Shown here in pieces: positions 36,626-46,822 of a DNA stretch of 64,000 nucleotides. The position numbers were made by a program, and so were the translations under genes. This DNA comes from an uncultured Methanosarcinales archaeon (GTDB lineage: Archaea; Nanobdellota; Nanobdellia; Woesearchaeales; GW2011-AR9): positions 745-64,744 of the forward strand of contig CAZKIP010000007.1 of NCBI GenBank assembly GCA_964552945.1. Reading direction: 5' to 3'. The first letter of the stretch is position 1, and each line of letters opens with the position of its first letter. The notes beneath the pieces are model-generated. The model was not told the origin of the DNA, ran no database searches, and was given only the letters and a program-made list of their open reading frames with translations.

Positions 36626-37090
36626 TTAGTCTATCTCCAGACCGCAATATTCTTCAGTAAATTCTGGTCGTTCATTCTTATAAGAATTCAAGATTTCATC
36701 TAGAAACAAAACTCTTCTATCATTCTGAGATTTTTCAGGTACCTCAATTGAAATCCTACCTAAAAACCTTCGATCTTTTTGATGAAACCAAACAATCTGC
36801 TCTTTAAAAAAATCTAAGAACTTGTAAGGAACACTTCCTAAATCTTCTGAAGTTCCATAAAGAGCAATAGTGTCCCCCCTTATTTCAGCATATCCTCCTC
36901 CAAGAACATATTCGAAATCAATTTTGAAAGCCGGTGCTATCATTCGATGTAGAGGAAAATTGTTTTCTGTATGTATCCCATAATAATTAAAGAGGTGCAA
37001 TCTATCACTATTGGTGGGAGATTTTGTTATCACAAATTTTTGTGGGAACTGCTTATCTATGTAAACTGGTTTTAATCCTGCCATTGTCAT
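36626..37090 (-). CDS. Hypothetical protein, operon partner of the HD and MazG genes.
   Basis: ORF with a 1-bp gap to the HD gene. The upstream GTGTGTTGGAGA ribosome-binding motif is shared with neighbouring genes. Confidence 0.4.
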   Translation of the reverse strand: MTMAGLKPVYIDKQFPQKFVITKSPTNSDRLHLFNYYGIHTENNFPLHRMIAPAFKIDFEYVLGGGYAEIRGDTIALYGTSEDLGSVPYKFLDFFKEQIVWFHQKDRRFLGRISIEVPEKSQNDRRVLFLDEILNSYKNERPEFTEEYCGLEID

Positions 37091-37120
37091 TTTTTATCTC
37101 CAACACACCTCGATGCCACC

Positions 37121-37837
37121 TTATTTATTGATTCTAGTATACCCTCTGTTAGCTTCGAGAGTGCTCTCAATATTAACTCCTATATCTCTAAGTCTTGAAG
37201 TTAAATCAGCAGATACCCAAACATTTCTAGAAACATGAAACTCCTGAGAACTTCCATCAACAAGAATTGAAGGCAAGTTTGGATCCCTTGTCTTTCCAGC
37301 TTTTAGTCTGTATCCGGCGCTTAGCAAATTAAGAGTAACTCTTGAATCTCTCTCGCCGGTTCTTGAATGTCCAGTAGAAACATCTAAACTTGGCATAATC
37401 CAATTTTGAATTCTTTGTTGCCATAATCCACTGAATTCCTCTTTCGGAACTATTTCAACATTTTTTTTAGAGTATGGATCAACCAAATTTACTCCAGCCC
37501 CAGAACATCCATATCCAGTTGTTAGAACTGCTTCCTCTGATGCAAACCCTGTCACATCGGGGTCAACCATTACAGGAGTCATATCATAAACATTAAAATT
37601 TTGTTTTACAACACCAATTAGCTGAAAGTCAGGAGTCTCTCCTCCATTTGCTCTGTCTTTTATTACAGAAACCGGTCCATCACAACATTGTCCAGAACCA
37701 ACATAGATTGTTCTTGCATCGTTAGAGATGCCCAGTAAATTTATTCCTGTATCAGAAGCATTACTACCTTCAACAGCATAAATTATCTTTCCATCTAGCA
37801 AAACTTTGTTTTCATTAAACCCATATATTCGCGTCAT
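37121..37837 (-). CDS. Hypothetical protein (Gly/Cys motifs GSGQCCDGP, GYGCSGAG). First gene of the operon.
   Basis: ORF only. No family recognised. Confidence 0.4.
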   Translation of the reverse strand: MTRIYGFNENKVLLDGKIIYAVEGSNASDTGINLLGISNDARTIYVGSGQCCDGPVSVIKDRANGGETPDFQLIGVVKQNFNVYDMTPVMVDPDVTGFASEEAVLTTGYGCSGAGVNLVDPYSKKNVEIVPKEEFSGLWQQRIQNWIMPSLDVSTGHSRTGERDSRVTLNLLSAGYRLKAGKTRDPNLPSILVDGSSQEFHVSRNVWVSADLTSRLRDIGVNIESTLEANRGYTRINK

Positions 37838-38111
37838 TTTATTTTCTCCAACACACCCTCATTTTCTTTGTGCATTTCCAAGAACCCCAGTAGCTTGCAA
37901 GGCAATCCATCTTACCTTCTCTTGAGGCCAAGAAGGATGTTCCCTCTCAATTTTTTCTACCATTTCTTCCATCAAGGTTTGTCTTGTATTGTGCATTTTT
38001 GTTATTCCCCCTAATTATTTTATCCCAGTGTTCCCAAAGAGTAGTTAAAGGTTTGTTGAAGAATCTTCTACAACAGAAAAGTTTAAATAAAATAAATCAA
38101 AATTAAAAAAG

Positions 38112-38837
38112 ATGGACCCCTTCAAAAGTGAATTGTTCAAAGATTTAGAAAAATTAAATTACACAATTAATGAGTCAAAGGTATATCTTACCCTCATTAA
38201 TCTAGGCCCTTCCTTAGCTGGAAAGATTGCCAAAGAAGCAAGATTAGATAGATCTAGCACATATAATGCTTTGAAATCTTTGATAGAGAGAGGAATAGTA
38301 TCGACAGTTTTTGAAAATAAAAGAACCATTTATGTTCCTGAAAAACCAAAAAAGATTGTTGATTATTACAAAGAGAAGGAAGAAATTGCAAAAAGAATCA
38401 TCCCTAACTTAGAAAAACAATTTGAGTTCTCACAAAAAAAAACTAATGTAAAGTTATATCGTGGATTTAAAGGTATGAAAACTATTTTTCAAGACATTTT
38501 AGATACGGGAAAGCCGTATGTAGTTATGGGTTCTGAAGGACATTTTAGTAAATTAATGCCTTATTATGCACCAATGTTTAGAAAGAAAAAGGAAATGAAA
38601 AAAATAAAAAATAAAATATTAGTCAGAGAAGGCAGAGATAAAAAATCTAGAAAATTCGCTGAATATAGAAAAGTTCCCAGCGATGTTGAATCCCCATCAA
38701 CCATTGATATTTATGGGGATAAAGTAGCCATATTTATTTGGGAAGACGAACCAAGAACCATTGTTATCGAGAATAAAGATGTAGCTAGAACCTTAGAAAA
38801 TTATTTTTTATTTATGTGGAAACATGCGAAAAAATAA
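38112..38837 (+). CDS. TrmB-family transcriptional regulator.
   Basis: The N-terminal winged HTH is VYLTLINLGPSLAGKIAKEARLDRSSTYNALKSLIERGIV, followed by the TrmB C-terminal domain. Confidence 0.65.
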   Translation: MDPFKSELFKDLEKLNYTINESKVYLTLINLGPSLAGKIAKEARLDRSSTYNALKSLIERGIVSTVFENKRTIYVPEKPKKIVDYYKEKEEIAKRIIPNLEKQFEFSQKKTNVKLYRGFKGMKTIFQDILDTGKPYVVMGSEGHFSKLMPYYAPMFRKKKEMKKIKNKILVREGRDKKSRKFAEYRKVPSDVESPSTIDIYGDKVAIFIWEDEPRTIVIENKDVARTLENYFLFMWKHAKK

Positions 38838-38893
38838 TGTTACTTATCTTCTTAAACAACAATTCTTAAATAGAAGAGATTTCTCTTAAAAGT

Positions 38894-39319
38894 ATGACAA
38901 TTAAAATAAAAAAATTAAATCAAGAAGCTACTCTTCCAAGATACGCCAAAGAACATGACGCGGGAATGGACCTCTTCTCGAATGAAACCCTCTCTTTACA
39001 ACCCAATGAAAGAAAGTTAATTTCTACAGGGATTTCAATGGCTATACCAAAAGGCTACGTTGGTTTAATCTGGGACAAATCAGGCTTAGCAAGTAAGCAT
39101 GGCTTAAAAACAATGGCAGGAGTCATCGATTCAGGTTATAGGGGAGAAATTAAAATTTTAGTACATAACCTTTCAAATAAACCTTACACCATTGAATCAG
39201 GAAATAAAGTTGCCCAGATGCTCATTCAACCAGTAGAACAAAAACAACTTCTTGAAGTATCCGAGTTAGATGAAACTAACAGGGGAGAAGGTGGATTTGG
39301 AAGTACTGGACTAATTTAA
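38894..39319 (+). CDS. dut: dUTP diphosphatase (dUTPase).
   Basis: The motifs AGVIDSGYRGEI and the C-terminal RGEGGFGSTG (motif 5) are present. The size is 141 aa. Confidence 0.85.
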   Translation: MTIKIKKLNQEATLPRYAKEHDAGMDLFSNETLSLQPNERKLISTGISMAIPKGYVGLIWDKSGLASKHGLKTMAGVIDSGYRGEIKILVHNLSNKPYTIESGNKVAQMLIQPVEQKQLLEVSELDETNRGEGGFGSTGLI

Positions 39320-39642
39320 AGTTGATAAATTGCTTTCAAAAGACTTTCTAAAGAGGTTTTCATTTCCTCACCATCTTCGCTAGAAAAAGCCTCCCTTACT
39401 CCATCAACTTCTTCTTGATACATCTCTTGATCTTCCAATCTTTCAGACATCATTTCAACATAGGAGAGAATTAATTCAGGAGGATTATCTCTTACAACCC
39501 AATCAACGCAATCGGGAATCATTCTTTGGCTATAGAACGCATCCAAACTAATCAAATCAACTCCCACAAAAGCTTTATAGAGAACGTGGTCTGCTTTTCG
39601 GTCGTACCATTCCAAACTATCTACAGGATCTAACTCGGTCAT
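39316..39642 (-). CDS. Hypothetical acidic protein.
   Basis: ORF only. Confidence 0.35.
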   Translation of the reverse strand: MTELDPVDSLEWYDRKADHVLYKAFVGVDLISLDAFYSQRMIPDCVDWVVRDNPPELILSYVEMMSERLEDQEMYQEEVDGVREAFSSEDGEEMKTSLESLLKAIYQL

Positions 39643-39673
39643 AATCTCTCAATAAGAAGATTCTTTTTAAAAC

Positions 39674-41146
39674 TTACTTGATTAAATAACCCTTATCCTT
39701 TCTTAGAAACTCTACCGCTAAATCTAATTTAGATCTACTTTCAGAATAAACAGTATACAAAAGGCCACCTTTTTTAATATTGTCTCCAACTTTAACATTT
39801 AAGTAAAGTCCTGAACCTTTATTTTTTGGAGCGCCCGCAATTCTAGCAATTTTTACAATTGTTTTGTTGTCGATAAAAACAACTTTTCCACTCTTACCAC
39901 TTTTTACTTTCAAATGATGTTCTCCCAACTCTATCTTCTTAGCTTTTCCTTGCAATTTAATAATCTGATTCATCTTTTTCAGAGCTTTCCCACTCTCTAA
40001 AAGTTCAAGAGCAACTTTCTTTCCATTACGGTATCTTCCAGTCATCTCCAAAAGAATTCCAGCCATTTCAACCGCTTTCTTCTTCAAATCTTGCGGAGCA
40101 GTAGGATCATCACGAAGCACATGCATAACGTCCTGGGCTTCCAACAAAGGACCTATGCCATTTCCAATTGGTTGTGTCCCATCTGTAACTATTACTTTAA
40201 CACTCATACCCAATTTTTTCCCCAATGATTCAAATTTTTTCTTCAAACTTTTTGCTTCCTTTTTATTTTTGACTTTAACTTCTGGACCCATAGGAATATC
40301 AATAAGAACATGATTTGCAGTAACTGAAAATTTCTTAGCCATTACTGAAGCAAGAAGTTGTCCTTCTGCATCGATTGAAAGCGGATGTTCTACCTCAATT
40401 ATTTTATCATCTGCGGGAGCCAGGTTCATTGAACCACCATGAACTATGCAAGCCCCAGAAGTTCTAACAATCTTCTTAATTTTTTTCTCAGAAAGTTCTA
40501 CTTTAGCTAGACATTCCATCGTATCTGCGGTACCAGCAGGAGAAGTTATTGCTCTTGAACTTGTTTTTGGGATGGTTAATCCAGCTGCTGCAATTATTGG
40601 AATCACCACCATGGTTGTTCTATTTCCAGGAACACCACCAATACAATGTTTGTCTAAAGTAATTCCTTTAAATTTAATTCTTCTCCCTGTGTTAACCATT
40701 GCTTTGGTCATGTTAACTACTTCTTCACTTGACCACCCATGTGTAAAACCGGCAGCTACAAAATAAGTCATTTCGATAGCAGTTAACCTGTCATTGGTAA
40801 TATCATCAATAATATGAAATAATTCGTGATAATTCAGCTCTTTTCCGTATAATTTAGCTCTTATATGAGCTACAGATTTCGGTTTACCTGTAAATTTAAC
40901 ACTTACAAAATCTTTCTGTTTTACTTTTAAAACATCTAGAACTTCTTCAAATAATCCAATTTGTCCTTCGGGAACTGCTTTATCACTCTCAGAAATATCT
41001 AAGATGCAGGTTATGTTCTTTTTACCATCTCTTACTAAAATTCTATCTCCTGAATGAAGGTCCAATTTCTCTGCATCTATATGATTTAGTATAACTACCA
41101 TTATGCCTCCGGTAGCTATATCCATATCTTTAACACGGAACTTCAT
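39674..41146 (-). CDS. AMP phosphorylase / thymidine phosphorylase family (archaeal DeoA-type with an N-terminal extension).
   Basis: The N-terminal domain is MKFRVKDMDIATGG...VILN. The pyrimidine-nucleoside-phosphorylase core is HCIGGVPGNRTTMVVIPIIAAAG. The size is 490 aa, as in archaeal AMPpase. Confidence 0.7.
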   Translation of the reverse strand: MKFRVKDMDIATGGIMVVILNHIDAEKLDLHSGDRILVRDGKKNITCILDISESDKAVPEGQIGLFEEVLDVLKVKQKDFVSVKFTGKPKSVAHIRAKLYGKELNYHELFHIIDDITNDRLTAIEMTYFVAAGFTHGWSSEEVVNMTKAMVNTGRRIKFKGITLDKHCIGGVPGNRTTMVVIPIIAAAGLTIPKTSSRAITSPAGTADTMECLAKVELSEKKIKKIVRTSGACIVHGGSMNLAPADDKIIEVEHPLSIDAEGQLLASVMAKKFSVTANHVLIDIPMGPEVKVKNKKEAKSLKKKFESLGKKLGMSVKVIVTDGTQPIGNGIGPLLEAQDVMHVLRDDPTAPQDLKKKAVEMAGILLEMTGRYRNGKKVALELLESGKALKKMNQIIKLQGKAKKIELGEHHLKVKSGKSGKVVFIDNKTIVKIARIAGAPKNKGSGLYLNVKVGDNIKKGGLLYTVYSESRSKLDLAVEFLRKDKGYLIK

Positions 41147-41338
41147 AATTTACCCTCCTTAGTGTGAAAGGTCCAACAAACTAGTTTGCTTGTGTCTTTA
41201 ACTTTGAATTTCATTCAGGGCCTCTTTTTTGACTTAAATAAAATAAATGCAGTTTATATAACTTACTTTAGTTAATTGTTACTTTAAAGTAGTTAAATAT
41301 AACAACATTTATATAAAAAGGACCTTTTTTATCTAAAA

Positions 41339-41788
41339 ATGAAAAAATACAACTTAAATGTGGGAAAATTGATTCCAGAAATGGCTAAATCCGCTTTTAA
41401 AAAGTACGCGGTTCCACTTTTTGCTTCATTAGCAACTATTGGATGTGGAGATCTTAACGAGGCTTACAATGGAGAATTTATGAAAGTTGAGCTTAATAGT
41501 AAAGGAACAAAGGGAAAAGTTGTTTTATATGAAAATTCTGGTATTACTGGTAGACAGGAAAAGTTCTTTTTTAGATTATCTTCAGCTCCTTCAGAAATCA
41601 GTGCTATTGATTCAAACCAAGTTCGTTTAACAAAATATTGCGATGACAAAGGGCTTGCAGCAATAGAAACTTGTTATGATAATCGTAAAAATATTGTAGA
41701 TAAAGAGAGATTATTATCAAAACAAGAAGAATTTAAAGGGAAATTATCTGATATTATTAACAATACCGTTGAGCAATTACGTGAATAA
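41339..41788 (+). CDS. Hypothetical protein (possible lipobox-like LATIGCG).
   Basis: ORF only. Confidence 0.4.
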   Translation: MKKYNLNVGKLIPEMAKSAFKKYAVPLFASLATIGCGDLNEAYNGEFMKVELNSKGTKGKVVLYENSGITGRQEKFFFRLSSAPSEISAIDSNQVRLTKYCDDKGLAAIETCYDNRKNIVDKERLLSKQEEFKGKLSDIINNTVEQLRE

Positions 41789-41892
41789 AAAATTCAAAAT
41801 TCCTTATTTTTTACATTTTTTCTATAAACAAGCTAATAAACACCATATTCTTAGAAATGTTTTTAAAGGGGCAGTAATCTTACCTAATCTGG

Positions 41893-41986
41893 CGGGCCTA
41901 TGGTCTAGTGGCTATGACAGTGCCCTTACACGGCATTGATCCCCGGTTCGAGATTTATTTCAAACGAAATTCCGGGTGGGCCCACC
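41893..41986 (+). tRNA. tRNA-Val (anticodon UAC) carrying an 18-nt insertion in the T-loop. Candidate non-canonical intron.
   Basis: Acceptor GGGCCTA / TGGGCCC+A+CCA. D-stem GTC/GAC. Anticodon stem GTGCC/GGCAT with loop CTTACAC. Variable loop TGATC. T-stem CCCGG/CCGGG. The T-loop region is TTCGA-GATTTATTTCAAACGAAA-TT (25 nt instead of 7). The insert itself forms ATTTC-AAAC-GAAAT. Confidence 0.7.
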
Positions 41987-42000
41987 ATTTTTACATCAAA

Positions 42001-42243
42001 ATGAACGCAACAATTCTAACAAAACTTAAACCAACCGATTTAATCCCTTTTTATGGTTGGCACGATTACAATAGAAGAACCAGTAGTATCGAAGACAACT
42101 TATTTGACGTGGAAAAAACGTCAGGAACAGACTATCTTGATTCAATGCGAAGACTCCAAGAAAATCGCTTAATAACTAAAGCAGTTACCTTAGCCCCAAT
42201 TATTGGAGCTGCAGCATACTTTATTACTAAATATACTGTTTAA
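42001..42243 (+). CDS. Small protein with a C-terminal TM helix. The start was moved downstream of the tRNA.
   Basis: ATG at 42001 in the frame of track ORF 41908..42243. The upstream part of that ORF overlaps the tRNA, so it was rejected. Confidence 0.3.
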   Translation: MNATILTKLKPTDLIPFYGWHDYNRRTSSIEDNLFDVEKTSGTDYLDSMRRLQENRLITKAVTLAPIIGAAAYFITKYTV

Positions 42244-42290
42244 CCTCCTCGCTTAAAAACCTTTAAATACCCTTAACATTTCTTTTCAAG

Positions 42291-43037
42291 ATGCAGCAAA
42301 AAATATATGACTTGCTTCTAAACGAAGAAGAAATCTCTTGGAGGACAATTATCTACGATTTAGTTAAATCTGAACAGATGAATCCATGGGATATTAACAT
42401 AACCCTTCTAACTCAAAAATATATTGAAACTATTAGAAAAATGCAGGAACATGACCTCAAAATTTCAGGGAAAATTGTCTTAGCAGCAGCGGTACTATTG
42501 AAAATAAAATCATCCCATCTTGTAAACAACGATTTCAGTAAATTTGACTCGCTCCTTACTCAACATGATGATTTAGAGGATATTGAAGAAGAATTATATG
42601 ACCAAATAGAAGGAAGAGGCAATAGAAGCAAAGAACAATACACTTTAATTCATCGTAATCCTCAACCAAGAAACAGGAAAGTTTCAGTGAATGATCTTGT
42701 AGAAGCCCTTCAGAGAGCTATGACCAGTAAAAAGAGAATTTTGGCTAAAATTAAGCCTGTAAAATTCAATTTTCCAAAAAATAAAGTTGATATCATGGAA
42801 GTAATCAAAGATGTTCTTCACAAAATCCAATATTATACAAAAAAAGATGATAAAAAAGAGATAGTTTTTGACCGCTTACTTCCAATGAAAGCTGGTAGGC
42901 AGGAAAAAGTTTACACCTTTATACCTCTTTTACATCTTGAAAATCAGCAAAAATTGACCATGCGTCAAAAAACTCCTTTTTCTGATATTAACATATCTTT
43001 AAACAATAAAAGAGCTAAGAAAGGAAATTCTACATAA
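42291..43037 (+). CDS. Segregation and condensation protein A-like (ScpA kleisin).
   Basis: The N-terminal segment NPWDINITLLTQKYIETI resembles ScpA. The size is 248 aa. The match is weak. Confidence 0.5.
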   Translation: MQQKIYDLLLNEEEISWRTIIYDLVKSEQMNPWDINITLLTQKYIETIRKMQEHDLKISGKIVLAAAVLLKIKSSHLVNNDFSKFDSLLTQHDDLEDIEEELYDQIEGRGNRSKEQYTLIHRNPQPRNRKVSVNDLVEALQRAMTSKKRILAKIKPVKFNFPKNKVDIMEVIKDVLHKIQYYTKKDDKKEIVFDRLLPMKAGRQEKVYTFIPLLHLENQQKLTMRQKTPFSDINISLNNKRAKKGNST

Positions 43038-43081
43038 CTTTTTTAAAAAAGAAGCCGAATTTAGAGGTTATTAAGTTTTAA

Positions 43082-44938
43082 ATGAAATCTACTAAAAATA
43101 TTAAGGTACCTTCCAAGATTGTTGAGCAAGTTATTGGTCAAGAAGAAGCAGTAAATATTATCAAAAAAGCTGCTCTTCAAAGAAGGCACGTTCTTCTAAT
43201 TGGAGAGCCAGGTACAGGAAAAAGTATGCTTGGATTAGCCTTGGCAGAACTTCTTCCAAAATCAGAATTAAGAGACATTTTATCCTTTCCAAACCCTAAC
43301 GATGAGAATAATCCTTTCATTAAAACCATCCCTGCAGGAGAAGGAAGAGACGAAGTTAAAAAAAATCAACTTGATGGCAAACAAGCCTTAAAAAACAACA
43401 ATTTTCTTCTTTTCATTGTCGCAATTGTAGCATTAATTGCACCTTGGTGGGTTAGAAGTTATTACAATTCAGATTTAATGTTTGCCGCCTTTTTTCTTGG
43501 TGGAATGATGTTTTTAGCCGCATTTGCCATTATGATGAGTATGGGGCAAAGAATGTTCAAAGGTAACCAAAACGTCTTTCCAAAGGTAATTGTTGACAAT
43601 TTTGGGAAAAAACAAGCTCCTTTCTTTGATGCTACCGGTGCACATGCTGGTGCCCTATTAGGAGACGTATTACACGACCCTTTTCAATCAGGAGGTTTGG
43701 GAACTCCTGCTAACCAAAGAGTTGTTGCTGGAATGATACATAAAGCTCATTTAGGAGTGCTATTTATCGATGAAATTGCTACTTTAGCGCCAAGAACTCA
43801 ACAAGAACTACTTTCTGCCTTGCAAGAAAAAAAGTTCCCTATAACTGGTCAATCTGAAAGGTCTGCGGGAGCCATGGTTAGAACTGAAGCGGTACCTTGC
43901 GACTTTGTTTTGGTAGCCGCAGGTAACCTAGAAACAATAAAAAATATGCATCCTGCTCTTCGTTCTAGGATAAGAGGGTATGGTTATGAAGTTTATATGA
44001 ACGAGACAATGATAGATAACAAAACAAATAGGTTGAAAATTGCTCGTTTTGTTGCTCAAGAAGTTAAAAGAGAAGCTGGAAAAATACCTCATTTTGATCT
44101 TACTGGAATAAAAGCAATCATTGAAGAAGCCAGAAGAAAAGCTAACAGAAAAAGTCACTTAACATTACATCTTCGTAGTTTAGGAGGGCTAGTAAGAGCC
44201 GCGGGAGATTTAGCCAAAGAAAAAAATTCAAAAACAGTATCAAAATTGCATGTTAAAGAAGCTAGAAAATTAGCTCGTCCTCTAGAGCAACAAATTGCAG
44301 ACAAACACATTGATCGAAAGAAAGAATATGAAGTAATTGTTACTTCAGGAAAAAAGATTGGTAGAGTTAATGGTTTAGCTGTTATTGGTAGTGGTTCTGC
44401 CCATTCAGGAATCTTACTTCCAATTGAATCTGAAGTTACTATGGGAGGAAAGACCTCTGAGATTATTGCTACAGGTAAATTGGGAGAAATTGCCAAGGAA
44501 GCGGTTAAAAACGTATCCGCAATCATCATGAAATATTTTGGAGAAGACATAAAAGAAACCAGGGACATTTTCGTGCAATTTCTTCAAACTTATGAAGGAG
44601 TTGAAGGTGATTCTGCATCTATTGCGGTAGCTACTTCAATCATATCTGCTTTGAAAAACATTCCTGTAAAACAAGAAGTAGCCATGACAGGTTCATTATC
44701 TGTTCGAGGCGAAGTTCTTCCAGTTGGCGGAGTTTCTTCTAAGGTAGAAGCAGCAATCGATACTGGAATAAAAACAATTATTGTTCCAAAATCAAATTTG
44801 CGAGATATAGTAATTGGAAAAGAGAAGTTAGAAAAGGTTAAACTCGTACCTGTAGAAACCATTGAAGAAGTTCTAGAACAAGCTTTAGATTGGAATGGTA
44901 AAAAGGGGATAAAAAACAAAATTTTTGGTAAAATATGA
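43082..44938 (+). CDS. lonB: Archaeal membrane-bound ATP-dependent Lon protease (LonB).
   Basis: Walker [11 protein letters not shown]. Two TM helices are inserted in the AAA+ domain ([37 protein letters not shown]). The C-terminal Lon protease domain has GDSASIAVA and [17 protein letters not shown]. Confidence 0.9.
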   Translation: MKSTKNIKVPSKIVEQVIGQEEAVNIIKKAALQRRHVLLIGEPGTGKSMLGLALAELLPKSELRDILSFPNPNDENNPFIKTIPAGEGRDEVKKNQLDGKQALKNNNFLLFIVAIVALIAPWWVRSYYNSDLMFAAFFLGGMMFLAAFAIMMSMGQRMFKGNQNVFPKVIVDNFGKKQAPFFDATGAHAGALLGDVLHDPFQSGGLGTPANQRVVAGMIHKAHLGVLFIDEIATLAPRTQQELLSALQEKKFPITGQSERSAGAMVRTEAVPCDFVLVAAGNLETIKNMHPALRSRIRGYGYEVYMNETMIDNKTNRLKIARFVAQEVKREAGKIPHFDLTGIKAIIEEARRKANRKSHLTLHLRSLGGLVRAAGDLAKEKNSKTVSKLHVKEARKLARPLEQQIADKHIDRKKEYEVIVTSGKKIGRVNGLAVIGSGSAHSGILLPIESEVTMGGKTSEIIATGKLGEIAKEAVKNVSAIIMKYFGEDIKETRDIFVQFLQTYEGVEGDSASIAVATSIISALKNIPVKQEVAMTGSLSVRGEVLPVGGVSSKVEAAIDTGIKTIIVPKSNLRDIVIGKEKLEKVKLVPVETIEEVLEQALDWNGKKGIKNKIFGKI

Positions 44939-45267
44939 AATTATATGATGAGTTAAAAATTCTAACCGGTTTAGGTCAACCAGATTTAGATTATGTTAAA
45001 GCCCAAAGAGTTATTTCTCAACAAAGGATTGCAAGATTTGATGAAGAATTAGAGAGAGGAGTAAATAGTCAAAATTTTAGAGAAGACAATTTTGAAGAAC
45101 GACAATTTCAACCATATTTAGGTATTCCATTGTTTCCTCATCAATCAATATATACCTTTGACAGCGCTCAATTATTAGTTGATAGGGCCAAAAATCAAAG
45201 AAAAAAGGCAATTAAGAGATTAGAAAAATTAGACGGAATTGTAGACAGATTAACCCAAGATGCTTAG
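44935..45267 (+). CDS. Hypothetical protein.
   Basis: ORF with a 4-bp overlap with lonB. Confidence 0.35.
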   Translation: MKLYDELKILTGLGQPDLDYVKAQRVISQQRIARFDEELERGVNSQNFREDNFEERQFQPYLGIPLFPHQSIYTFDSAQLLVDRAKNQRKKAIKRLEKLDGIVDRLTQDA

Positions 45268-45311
45268 AATTACCGTAATCTTTAAAAACCACCCCCTAAT
45301 TTAATCATAAA

Positions 45312-45689
45312 ATGGCTAGATCACAAGAAAAATCAAACAGAAAAGCTTCTGGAGGGCGTTTACGCTCAGGAAGAACTAAAAGAAAGTACGAATTAGCTGG
45401 TTTTCCTGCTTTAACAAAAATAAGCGAGAAAGTAATTGTTCGTTCCAAAAGAATTATTGGTGGAAACACTAAATTAAGAACCCTTTCTACAAATAACATT
45501 ATTGTTTCTGATAAAAAAGGAAAAACTCAAAAAACTGAATTGGTAAATGTAGTTGAAAATCCTGCTAACCCACACCTAGTTAGACGTAATATTTTAACAA
45601 AAGGAGCAATTGTTGAAACAAAATTGGGTAAAGCAAAGATAACTTCCAGACCTGGTCAAGAAGGAACAATTAGCGGAACATTATTGTAA
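45312..45689 (+). CDS. rps8e: 30S ribosomal protein S8e.
   Basis: KASGGRLRSGRTKRKYELAG, ENPANPHLVRRNILTKGAIVET and TSRPGQEGTISG match S8e. Confidence 0.85.
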   Translation: MARSQEKSNRKASGGRLRSGRTKRKYELAGFPALTKISEKVIVRSKRIIGGNTKLRTLSTNNIIVSDKKGKTQKTELVNVVENPANPHLVRRNILTKGAIVETKLGKAKITSRPGQEGTISGTLL

Positions 45690-46367
45690 TTAAACAATCA
45701 TCGTTCCCACAAATTTTTTTCTTTCTAATACATTCTTAAGATTAGCTAGTTTACGTCCATTAACAATGGCTACTTTCATCCCATATTTCTGGGCCATTTT
45801 ACTGGCAATAGGATCAAAAGGAGCATGCATCCCTGACTTAAAATCATGACCAATTATTTCTAGATAGTCATCCCAGGAAATTTCTTTAATTTTTTTAGCA
45901 TCCTTATATAATCGAGGATCTTTATCATAAACATAATCAGTATTGGTAGTGTTAATTACCAAATCAGCTTTGAATTGTTTTGCAAGAATTACTGTGTCTG
46001 TATCAGTTGAACATCCTGGTTCATAACCTGCTCCCACAATAATTTTTTTATTAGTTTTTATTTTCTTATGGGGGTCATAAATAACTTTAGGATAAGCATG
46101 TTCTTTAAACACAACTCTGACCAATTCAGCGTTAAGACGGGTAGCCATAATACCAATCCAATCTTTATCAAGATGGTTTGCTTTGTTAATTTTTTCTCCC
46201 GCTGCTTGGTAGATTCTACAAGTCCTACCGCCACCACAAACAAGAACAAGTCTATCTCCTTTGTTTATGTATTCAACAAATGCTTTTTTTAATTTTTTCA
46301 AGAAAGGAACGTCTATCTTATCTGGAACAATAATTGAACCGCCTAAAGAAATTACTGCTGTTTTCAT
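45690..46367 (-). CDS. pyrH: Uridylate (UMP) kinase, archaeal type.
   Basis: ISLGGSIIVP, LVLVCGGGRTCR and the amino-acid-kinase fold motifs are present. The size is 225 aa. Confidence 0.8.
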   Translation of the reverse strand: MKTAVISLGGSIIVPDKIDVPFLKKLKKAFVEYINKGDRLVLVCGGGRTCRIYQAAGEKINKANHLDKDWIGIMATRLNAELVRVVFKEHAYPKVIYDPHKKIKTNKKIIVGAGYEPGCSTDTDTVILAKQFKADLVINTTNTDYVYDKDPRLYKDAKKIKEISWDDYLEIIGHDFKSGMHAPFDPIASKMAQKYGMKVAIVNGRKLANLKNVLERKKFVGTMIV

Positions 46368-46822
46368 AATTGAGAGAATATTTTAGTTTTTTTAAATGTT
46401 ACTTTTTATTGTTTTTGTCCACTGCCAGACCCATTATATCTAAAAGATATACGCGAATTAGCTGGTTACTTATAAACCCACTCCCCACTGGTCAACCACG
46501 GCTAGACTATATAAACCACCCCCACCATTAAGAATTTATAAAAAAAGAGGTGGAAAACAATGGTCGATCTTTCAACAAAAACCATCAAAAATTTGTTTGA
46601 GCAACAGATAAAAAATCTAACAATGGATACTGTAGTAAGGAAAGAAGATTTTTTTGACTACCAAATGAGTGGAGGATGGATGTAAAATGAATATAAAAGA
46701 GAGAATAGCTTATTTGCTTGAAAAATATACAGAACAGGGAGTTAATTGTAACCCTTTATTGGAAAGACAAACTTTCCTTGATGATCATGACGCTGCCTTC
46801 GCCTAGACACACCTAACCTTCT

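Noticed and set aside
41908-42000. The 5' part of track ORF 41908..42243.
   Set aside because: It overlaps the well-folded tRNA-Val (41893-41986) on the same strand. The ORF was truncated to the ATG at 42001.
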